Virus record (IMG/VR): IMGVR_UViG_3300033067_001097 | Location: 4,410 to 68,409 of that record | Length of the DNA stretch: 64,000 nt | Strand: one strand, 5' to 3' | DNA from: a virus | Taxonomy: Duplodnaviria; Caudoviricetes | Shown: piece by piece, positions 56,181 through 64,000 of the stretch | Position numbering within the stretch: the first letter of the stretch is position 1 | Layout: the number at the start of each line of letters is the position of its first letter | Made by a program: the position numbers and the translations under genes | The notes under the pieces: model-generated | Database searches by the model: none | What the model was told of the DNA's origin: nothing | The model's input: only the letters and a program-made list of their open reading frames with translations

Positions 56181-57615
56181 ACAGGAAAACACAATTCCTC
56201 GATTTGAAGAACACGAACTGCTAGCTTCGATTTGTCGGGAGAGCTTTTACGAATTTGTGAAAGCCTTCTGGACTACCTACAACACAAACCCACCAGTTTG
56301 GAACTGGCATATTAAATACATTTGTAAAGACGTTCAAGAGATTGCAGAACGTGTATTCCGAGGAGAAAATCGAGTACATGATTATGTTTTGAATATTTCT
56401 CCTGGAACAACTAAGTCAGCAATGCTCTCGATTATGTTCCCGGCTTGGATCTGGACAAGGATGCCAAGTGCTCAAATTCTATGTGGATCATACTCTTATC
56501 CTATTTCTGTGGATTTGAGTTCTAACTGTCGTAATGTAATCAAATCTGAACTGTATCAGAAATGTTTTCCTTACGTCAAGATGCGGGAAGACCAAGACTC
56601 AAAAGGTCACTTCAAGAACGAGCAAGGGGGATTTCGCTTTTCCTTTGGTGTGAATGGCACCATTACGGGTAAGCATGGGCACTTCATTATCATTGACGAT
56701 CCGCTGAATCCTCAACAGGCTGCAAGCCAAGCAGAACTTAAATTAGCCAACAGCTGGCTTACGGAAACCATTCCTTCCCGGAAGGTGAATCGGGCAGTCA
56801 CAGCTACGTTTCTGGTCATGCAGAGATTGCGGCAGGGTGATCCTACTGACTTGTTCCTGAGTCGGGAGAAGGTCCGCCACGTATGCTTGCCAGCATTGAA
56901 ATCGGACAAAGTACAACCTCCTGAATTAATCAAATATTACAAAAATAATCAGTTTGATCCAGTTAGACTTTCGGCTTCTGTGTTGGAAGAAGCTCGTAAG
57001 GAAATGGGTGATATTGCATACAACGCTCAGTATATGCAAGATCCGGCTCCGCCAGACGGAGCTTTGTTTAAAATTACAAAAATTGGTTTGGGAATTCCAG
57101 ATTCACCATTTGTCAAAATTGTCCGATTCTGGGACAAGGCTGCAAGTCTCGGTCAGGGCGACTGGACTGTAGGTGTAAAAATGGCTGTAGATAAAAATAA
57201 CCATTTCTGGGTTCTAGATGTAGAACGATTTCAGTTGGACAGTTTCAAACGAGATCGTCGGATACGTCGAGTCGCAGAAAGAGATGGACCAGATGTGGTG
57301 ATCGGAATTGAGCAATCAGGTGGCGATGGCGGTAAATCTGATGCTCAGAATAGCATTAAGAATCTGTCAGGATTTATGGTTCATCTTTGGAAGGTCAGTA
57401 AGACCACTGGCAATAAAGAGAAGCGGGCGGATCCGTTCTCCGTACAGGTCAACGGGGGCAACGTTAGTTTGGTTCCGGGTAGTTGGAATAAAGAGTTCTT
57501 GGATGAGCTACGATACTTCCCGTTTGCCAAGCATGATGACCAAGTAGATGCATGCTCGGGAGCCTTCTTCTTCCTGCATGGTAAGCGAACACGGCGAGCA
57601 GGAGCTTTGAATTAG
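56158..57615 (+). CDS. terL: Terminase large subunit
   Basis: NISPGTTKS, IIIDDP, VMQRL, RFWDKA, HDDQVDA. Confidence 0.92.
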   Translation: MKMFLMDEQENTIPRFEEHELLASICRESFYEFVKAFWTTYNTNPPVWNWHIKYICKDVQEIAERVFRGENRVHDYVLNISPGTTKSAMLSIMFPAWIWTRMPSAQILCGSYSYPISVDLSSNCRNVIKSELYQKCFPYVKMREDQDSKGHFKNEQGGFRFSFGVNGTITGKHGHFIIIDDPLNPQQAASQAELKLANSWLTETIPSRKVNRAVTATFLVMQRLRQGDPTDLFLSREKVRHVCLPALKSDKVQPPELIKYYKNNQFDPVRLSASVLEEARKEMGDIAYNAQYMQDPAPPDGALFKITKIGLGIPDSPFVKIVRFWDKAASLGQGDWTVGVKMAVDKNNHFWVLDVERFQLDSFKRDRRIRRVAERDGPDVVIGIEQSGGDGGKSDAQNSIKNLSGFMVHLWKVSKTTGNKEKRADPFSVQVNGGNVSLVPGSWNKEFLDELRYFPFAKHDDQVDACSGAFFFLHGKRTRRAGALN

Positions 57616-57689
57616 TGTGACAGATGGGAGTCGAACCCACAACCACCAGAACCACAATCTAGTGCTCTACCAATTGAGCTACTGTCACC
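57616..57689 (-). tRNA. tRNA-His(GTG) with encoded G-1 and A73, CCA not encoded
   Basis: GTGACAG/CTGTCAC, CTAGA-TTGTGGT-TCTGG, GTGGG-TTCGACT-CCCAT. Confidence 0.92.
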
Positions 57690-57692
57690 ATC

Positions 57693-57730
57693 AAAAAGAA
57701 AACTGACACTGTTTTGCTGAGTGTCAGTTT
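57693..57730 (-). terminator. Intrinsic terminator directly upstream of tRNA-His
   Basis: 11-bp stem AAACTGACACT/AGTGTCAGTTT then TCTTTTT on the - strand. Confidence 0.7.
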
Positions 57731-57812
57731 CCGGAGCACGAATCACCTTCAGGAGTTACCGGGGCAGGATGGTTCCCCGGCAATCAAATTCTAGCCAAGT
57801 CCCCAGCCGGGA

Positions 57813-57962
57813 TCAAGGGTTTTTTCGGATTTCATTTTCAGTTGCTTGCGTCCGAAAGCTTTCGTCAATCTCAGAGCCCGCAGGGGCATGGTAGATGTCC
57901 CAGGCCATCCCAAACATGATCACGAGAACCAGGGCCATCAGTGCGATTAGGAACCAGCTCAT
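57813..57962 (-). CDS. Small single-TM peptide (49 aa, not in ORF track)
   Basis: MSWFLIALMALVLVIMFGMAW; overlaps upstream stop. Confidence 0.55.
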   Translation of the reverse strand: MSWFLIALMALVLVIMFGMAWDIYHAPAGSEIDESFRTQATENEIRKNP

Positions 57963-58210
57963 TTCTTTTTCGCCTTTCCTTGTTCTTGTTTGAATTGTTT
58001 TTCCCGAAGGTAAGCTTGTTCATCAAATATAAAAGTCTTCGCACACGGAAAACTAAATTTGACAGAAGGCTTACCTTTTTTCCTTGGATCTTTCAACGTC
58101 TCTTCAGTCTTCTTAATGATACCAACACTAAGAAAGAACGCTATGGCACCTGAAGCTTGTACATAAGTAACACCAAATTTATCAGCGAATTCTTTAATCG
58201 TTAGTTTCAT
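57959..58210 (-). CDS. Small HTH-like protein
   Basis: LTIKEFADKFGVTYVQAS. Confidence 0.55.
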   Translation of the reverse strand: MKLTIKEFADKFGVTYVQASGAIAFFLSVGIIKKTEETLKDPRKKGKPSVKFSFPCAKTFIFDEQAYLREKQFKQEQGKAKKK

Positions 58211-58506
58211 TTACAAGTCTCCACTGGATCTCCCCAAGAAATTTTCAAAGTCGCGAAATCATTATCATCATGCAATTCATAACGTGCAACATATCCAAGA
58301 GACACCAGCTCTGCTTCAACACCATCAAGTATTTTCTTATACTTTGTATTTACCATATGCCTACATGAGTACTTTCCTTCTTCCATTTTACATTCAACAT
58401 GATACAAAATTTCCACAAGATGTTTCTTGATAGTCTTGGGATCATCAAGATACTTGTCTGCTGCTTTCTTGGCTTGTTGAGCGGTCAGCAGTTTAACCTT
58501 CGCCAT
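58207..58506 (-). CDS. Hypothetical protein
   Basis: Start trimmed to MAKVK. Confidence 0.55.
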   Translation of the reverse strand: MAKVKLLTAQQAKKAADKYLDDPKTIKKHLVEILYHVECKMEEGKYSCRHMVNTKYKKILDGVEAELVSLGYVARYELHDDNDFATLKISWGDPVETCK

Positions 58507-58732
58507 TTTCAACTCCCATTTTAAAGATCTTATCAGGATTATCATTTCGCCATTCTTCAATCTTGTTTCCCAGAGCTACAAGCTCCAGGATCTTTTCGTG
58601 GCTCGCTCCATGAAGCTTGTAATAGTAGATCGCCATGTTCAAGATACTTGGCGTGCATAGTTCGCTTGCCTTGATTGTAAACTGTGGCTCTGCCTCTGGG
58701 TCAAACTCCAGGGGGATTATCGTATCCTCCAT
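58493..58732 (-). CDS. Hypothetical protein
   Basis: Start trimmed to MEDTI. Confidence 0.5.
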   Translation of the reverse strand: MEDTIIPLEFDPEAEPQFTIKASELCTPSILNMAIYYYKLHGASHEKILELVALGNKIEEWRNDNPDKIFKMGVENGEG

Positions 58733-59330
58733 CTTTCTTTTCCTCTGGTAAGGGATATTCGAAGTCGTCAAAGAACACTGGTTTCAATTGTTCAAAATTA
58801 TCTTCATCTATAACATATTCTCTTTCACTTTTTAAAATAATAATATAAAAAGCAGTTTCTGGTTTTAAAGTTCTCATGTTAACAAGTGTAATAACTCGAT
58901 TAACTTTTCCAATTTCTGGAAAACCTTCTCTTGAATCAAAGAAGTGAGCACTGTCTTTCGTGTGAGTAAATTTAAATGGTGTAAATATTGTAGTTTTTAC
59001 ATTATTTTGTTGAATTTTTTCAGTTTTTTGCAAATCTTTCGGGGGATTCGTATTACTTACTTCCGGCTCTACAAGCTTTGAAGTTTCGTATTCTTTTTGG
59101 TTTTCTGGAGTAACTTCAGTCAAAGTACCATCCTTTAAGTCTTCTTCAAATTGTTGTTTGGGAATCCACGTTAGACCACCAACTTCGGTTTTGGGATCGT
59201 ACTCTTTCCACGGTCCCCAGAGTTTCAATACTTTCAACTGCACAGCTACGGAAGTCTCACTGACTTTTTCCACGATGCCAGAACAGTTGCTTTCAGTCTT
59301 GAACAAGTATTTAGTCATAATTAACTCCAT
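58701..59330 (-). CDS. Hypothetical protein
   Basis: 209 aa ORF. Confidence 0.55.
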   Translation of the reverse strand: MELIMTKYLFKTESNCSGIVEKVSETSVAVQLKVLKLWGPWKEYDPKTEVGGLTWIPKQQFEEDLKDGTLTEVTPENQKEYETSKLVEPEVSNTNPPKDLQKTEKIQQNNVKTTIFTPFKFTHTKDSAHFFDSREGFPEIGKVNRVITLVNMRTLKPETAFYIIILKSEREYVIDEDNFEQLKPVFFDDFEYPLPEEKKDGGYDNPPGV

Positions 59331-59344
59331 TAAGTTGATTTTTA

Positions 59345-59957
59345 CTAATTTGGCAGTATTGGTATAAAGATTTCGCCTGGGAGATTTGGATCGTAGCTAT
59401 CCCACTCTTGAAGAGTGTAAGGCGGAATAAGGTTGCCAACACCAGAATGCCTTTTTGGCATAATTTCATACATACTTATATACTTTTCACATACCGGCCT
59501 CCAAGCTTGTTTGAGTTTATCTATTGAGTTATCAGCAAACATCTGACTTAACTCTTCAATACTTAAACTATTAAACATAATGTGAGTATTGTGAGCCATT
59601 CTAAAAGTGTCAAGAATTTTATCAAAGCAACCGCCCTGGGCTTGAATGTTATTTGGTTTAGTAATGTCATCACTGAATAAATCTAATTGAAAATAAGCAA
59701 TTGTTTGTATAGTATGTCCTGGATTAATAGCGTGGCTATGTCGCAATTCCCACCTGAAGAAAACTTCTTCTTTTGCGGAAAACGATGCTCCTACTATGTT
59801 AGGAGTATAAGCATACTCAATCGCGTCTGGAATCATCTCAGGGGGAAAGATGTAATTGATAACGTTTCCCACATCCCTAGTAGAATTTTTAAGTTTTTCA
59901 TGTTTTATCTTTTTTAAGATGTCTTTCATCTTCATATCAACTAACAAGTAACTCATA
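59345..59957 (-). CDS. Hypothetical protein
   Basis: Probable start MSYLLVD near 59957; exact start uncertain. Confidence 0.5.
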
Positions 59958-60420
59958 CTGCTTCCCCTTGCTCGACTACTTTGTGAAAAAAGTCTTCTAG
60001 CTTTTTCCATTCCTGCTGTCGCAATACTACGTTAGTTGCAACTAGAGAATGAGTAGATATAGTATAACTACTATTTTGTGATTTAGATTTATTGTCAGTA
60101 GTAATGTCAACATAAATAGCTCCATGAGGACGAATGTAAACTTCCATTAACAACGTGTATAAAGAATTAATTTCAAATTTAAGTTCGAGCTTAATCATAT
60201 CTAGCTTGCTTCCATAGTGAGCTTCCAGGATTTCTATCTCTGGAAGAAACATTGGCTCCAGCTCATTCAATCCACAACGTAGGGCATGCATTGCGTCACA
60301 GGCTTTACTCTGAGCAGATCCCAGTCCGTCAGAGGTTCCGGAAACGAAAAATGGATTATGGCCAGTGAAGTACTTCTTTTCTAGTTTGTTAAATATATGA
60401 TCTACATATAAGTAACTCAT
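59953..60420 (-). CDS. Hypothetical protein
   Basis: GGGGAAG RBS; starts MSYL. Confidence 0.55.
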   Translation of the reverse strand: MSYLYVDHIFNKLEKKYFTGHNPFFVSGTSDGLGSAQSKACDAMHALRCGLNELEPMFLPEIEILEAHYGSKLDMIKLELKFEINSLYTLLMEVYIRPHGAIYVDITTDNKSKSQNSSYTISTHSLVATNVVLRQQEWKKLEDFFHKVVEQGEAV

Positions 60421-60878
60421 AAACTTCCCCTGAAAGCAACCTGTCTGCTCTTGAGTTAGTTATTTTAGCAAATCCCACACTGGCGACAAGTCATTTAATA
60501 CAGATAATTGCATCAGCACTTCCACTGGGTAAAAATAGTTCGGAAAGCTCTGATCTAATTAACTTGGTTAAATTAATTTTACCCAGTAAAAATAGTGTAC
60601 AAAACTATTCCATTTACTTTAACTCTATTAATTAGATCTGAATAACTAAAATTTTATCGGGCATTATCCTTGCGTAATTTTTATATTTAATCATCAGTAC
60701 TTAATCTATACAAATGTACACTATCCCAACCCCTATTTACTCTGATCTAATTATATCACTTTAGTCTGATGTAATTAACTTGATTAATATAGGAAAAACT
60801 AAGATATATTTTTCTGAGTTAAACCAGTTTGACGTATTTAACTCATAAAATTACATTAGAATTTTTTCCAAAATTACT

Positions 60879-61160
60879 CTATTCGGCAGCTCGGAAATCC
60901 AATGGAATTATCTGAGTTAAATATTTTTTTCTGCTAGAAAACATAGTCAGATTCCATGGCAATCACTGGTCTGACGTAATTAACTACATTAAATATTTTT
61001 TTCTGTCAGTAAAGATATCTGGATTCCATGGTGGATATTGGTCTGATGGAATTTTATATATTAAATTAAAATTGATATCTCGAAACACTTCTCTATTCCA
61101 TGGGCATAGTTAGTCTGATGTAATTTTATATATTAAATATTTTTTCTAGTCCTAAAATAT
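60879..61160. repeat. 72-bp-period AT-rich direct repeat block
   Basis: ATTCCATGG at 60951, 61023, 61095; TCTGAYGKAATT in each unit. Confidence 0.8.
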
Positions 61161-61664
61161 AGTCTCGTTCCCGTTCCGGCCAACAGGTACATGCTCGGAT
61201 ATATGTTTCATCGAATAAGGGCACCCATCTACACTTGTAGATAAGTAAGAATGTTCCTTAGCTTAGCAAGTGAAGTGATTATCTACTGGTGTGTGTATTG
61301 TATAGGTTGATTTAACTCTATTAATTACATCTACACTGAGAGGTAGTCAACATATATATCATTCAAGCATGGATTGTATGATCCTGTCCCTAACTGAGAT
61401 ACTAGAACCAGCGTCAGGATTCACAGCAAGGCTTCTAAACGGCTTCAGAATCAACGATCTCAGCGTAGGTGGGTTCTCAGCTTGTTTGTCATGGGAATGG
61501 ATCTAATAGCGTTTTACGCAATCTGCATCTATCCATGACTATTAGAGTATTAGTATCTATGATAATTAGTATAGATCAGTGTTAGAGTTTACTAGCTGCG
61601 GTTACTAATGTTCTTACTCTTGTTATAAGATTAGAGTATAGGTAAGGTAAAGATCAAACATAAA

Positions 61665-61850
61665 TAAATCAATATAGAGTATTCAGTGTGGATTGTATAG
61701 GGTCATTTAATATAAATCAATAAATAATATTCAATGTGGATTTATAGATAATTACATTGGAATGGAATGTCTGGTGTGGATTACTACAGTAGTGAACTGG
61801 AGTAGTTTATTTAATATAGATAATTATATTGGAATAGAACTGGAATAGAC
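61665..61850. repeat. Second repeat block, inverted relative to the first
   Basis: ATAGATAATTAYATTGGAAT at 61744 and 61816 (72 bp apart); 61809-61829 is an 18/21 reverse complement of 61118-61138. Confidence 0.7.
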
Positions 61851-62239
61851 TTACTACTGGATTACTAGATTGCTTTCGCGTGCGTGTTACCAGTAGTAGA
61901 ATCAATACATGAGCTGGAAAAGCAGATATGACGTAATTAGATGAGTTGTATAAATGGAGATTAGTTATTGGTGTAGTTGGCCATTAAGTCTATCCTTTTA
62001 GTTGGTTTTCGATCCATTCCAGTTATTGGCTATCTACTGATCAGTGCTGACTGGTGTATAGGTGAGATATGGTGAACTACTGGTATCTGCTGATCAGACT
62101 AGTGGTTTTCTCTGTTCTTCCCGGATCTCCACTACTGGTGTTTGCTAATGCTTTCTTCTTTTTCCCGGGGGGTGGGGAGCAGAAAACGAATCGGCGGGAA
62201 ACTCGTACATACATTATTACGTAAGGACGTTAAAAAGTG

Positions 62240-62520
62240 ATCCCGAATGAAACAAAAACCGATCCCGATATACAATCCCGAGATAGACAATCCGAGATAG
62301 ATTATTCACACGTTGTATCCTAATTCAGACTCTTATTTCCCCTAGTCTCCAGATCGATTCTTAGCTAGGAAATAAGTGTTCCCGATAGTGCTGGTGTATT
62401 CCTAGTCTCCAGATCGATTCCCAGCTAGGAAATCAGCTATCCCGTATGTTTTCCCGGATTCTAGCTATCGTCGATTCTAGGGGGAAAATCAAGCTATTTC
62501 CGGCAGCTGGGAAATCGATT
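62240..62520. repeat. ATCC(C)GA short repeats and 33-bp hairpin-forming direct repeat
   Basis: CCTAGTCTCCAGATCGATTCYYAGCTAGGAAAT at 62341 and 62401. Confidence 0.8.
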
Positions 62521-62665
62521 TAACTCAGATAAATATGTCACTTGATTGAAACCGGATTTAGTTGGGGAAAAAAGACTTGTCTAAGAATGACAGACATGCT
62601 AAATCTATTGTGTCGGGGCAAATTGTGATCCCGACTACTGGGAACCGAAACTGGAGAAATGAATT

Positions 62666-63049
62666 ATGACCACTGCAATCAAAACGACTGGTGTTGCTCA
62701 CTGGGATTATCTGGCCGTTCGATCCGAGGCAATCAAAGAGTTGGCCGAGATCACAGAGAAATTCCAAGCCGCAATTGATACTGCCATTAATGGAACCCCA
62801 GAGCAAAAACTGGCTGTGCTGAATTCACTTCAATCGTACGCAAATAATATCAAATATCTCGAAGGCAAGATTTACAAATTCAAGATTGGCCAAAAGGTTG
62901 TTCGCAAGAATGGCACGCGGTCAGTAGGTTGGCATGGAACAATTCTCGCTCGGATCGTAGGCGACGACAACTCTCCCATTTACGCTGTGCAGAATGAAGA
63001 GACGGGAAAGCCGGTTCGTTGCCATGAAATCGAATTAACGTCGCGATAA
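62666..63049 (+). CDS. Hypothetical protein with C-terminal SH3/KOW-like domain
   Basis: GGAGA RBS; FKIGQKVVRK..WHGTI..YAVQNE. Confidence 0.7.
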   Translation: MTTAIKTTGVAHWDYLAVRSEAIKELAEITEKFQAAIDTAINGTPEQKLAVLNSLQSYANNIKYLEGKIYKFKIGQKVVRKNGTRSVGWHGTILARIVGDDNSPIYAVQNEETGKPVRCHEIELTSR

Positions 63050-63053
63050 ACTA

Positions 63054-63107
63054 GGCCGAAACCGGAGGAATCTCCGGTCGACACGTAACGCGTGTCCTGA
63101 CGAGGCC
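63054..63107 (+). ncRNA. Type II hammerhead ribozyme
   Basis: GGCC-GAAA-CCGGAG(gaat)CTCCGG-TC-GACACG(taacg)CGTGTC-CTGACGA-GGCC; complete core; GUC site, cleavage 3' of 63079. Confidence 0.9.
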
Positions 63108-63115
63108 GTCGGATA

Positions 63116-63131
63116 GTTCTTTGACAATTTG
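63116..63131 (+). promoter_or_regulatory. boxA-like antitermination motif GTTCTTTGACAATTTG (alternatively a -35 TTGACA)
   Basis: Resembles rrn boxA TGCTCTTTAACAATTT; 9 nt after the ribozyme. Confidence 0.5.
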
Positions 63132-64000
63132 TGGAACGGCGAGTAGTACGGGAAATGCACTTCCCGGCAAAATCGCAATATCGTAGTTATAATCAAGACA
63201 TGCAATATATAATCTTGATTTAACTGAGAACTACGGTATTGCGTGAAATCACGAAAGCCGTCCCCCCATTTCTGAGGACTGAGTTTGGGTATTGTGTCCG
63301 TGAGTAGCCTATCTGTGATCCCTGTCGATCTGACTGATCCTGATCACCGATCGGAGCTCCGACGTTAACACCGGAAACGATTAGACCTATTGACGATAAA
63401 AATCTATTCAATTAGATGAGTCATTTTAGCGTTAGAATCTGCTAGTTCGGATGAGCTTTTGTCTAATCTATGTACGGGAGTCGCACAATGACAAACAAGG
63501 TAGGAAATGGGAAAAATCAAAGTTAATTAAATAAAATTAATCAAAATAAAGATTGATATACCAGACTTTTCAAAAGTCTGCTGAGTCCCAAAACAATATG
63601 ACATACTTCGCACTATCTGCATGGGCACTAGGTTAATTCAATTCGACGTCCGAATAGTGCGATATGTGACATATTCTTTTGAGTATGTCGGGAACCATTA
63701 ACCGGAGAAAAGCCATGTCGAATAATCAAACGCCTGTCGTATTTACGTATGCTATTCGAAACCAAGGAAGGGGGGGCTTCAATCAGCATTATACAAATAG
63801 ACAAAATGCAATATATCGATTGAAACAATTGCGATCTTGGTATCCGACAACACAATTGACGCAACATATATCGTCTATCGAATTGTTGATGAAATCGGAC
63901 AATGGTGAATGGTATAACAATCATAAGATTAATGAAAGGAAGACAAGTCAATACTTTGGTCGTCGTTTGGCCGAATTGCTTGCGACGATTCCCGAGACGT

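Noticed and set aside
57616-57689. tRNA-His as attP
   Set aside because: Full-length tRNA, no duplicated fragment and no integrase in the window.
60421-62520. CRISPR array or DGR template/variable repeats
   Set aside because: Repeats are degenerate without unique constant-length spacers; no cas or reverse transcriptase genes; no A-specific mismatch pair.
63253-63290. Second hammerhead (GAAA...CTGAGGA)
   Set aside because: Stems I-III cannot be formed.
63220-63951. Minus-strand ORFs 63220-63411 and 63628-63951
   Set aside because: No RBS or motif, atypical composition, overlap with structured non-coding sequence.

Overview
64 kb of a tailed dsDNA phage genome (siphovirus-like: tail tube, tape measure and frameshifted chaperone, no sheath, no integrase seen). 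The + strand from 1 to ~31.2 kb is a replication/recombination arm. It holds intein-containing ThyX, SNF2 helicase, primase, wHTH initiator-like protein, DnaB-like helicase, beta-clamp-like protein and a split family A DNA polymerase (UDG-like+exonuclease / polymerase). It continues with a clamp loader, UvsY/SSB/RecA-like proteins, HNH, FEN-like nuclease, resolvase, split SbcC plus SbcD and HU. Many small Zn-ribbon genes, tRNA-Leu and tRNA-fMet are interspersed. The - strand from 55.4 to 31.2 kb is the virion arm: portal, fibre genes, a putative non-canonical lysis cassette, protease, decoration, capsid, neck, tail and two glycosyltransferases. The terminase genes are transcribed divergently from it, followed by tRNA-His and small - strand genes. 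60.4-62.6 kb is non-coding with direct and inverted repeat blocks. After it come one small gene, a type II hammerhead ribozyme and a boxA-like motif. Most notable: an unannotated structured RNA with an aberrant tRNA-like cloverleaf next to tRNA-fMet, the hammerhead/boxA unit, and a Zn-finger ORF that must be read through tRNA-Leu. A Planctomycetota-type host is inferred, not shown. All protein calls come from motif recognition by eye; no database search was run.
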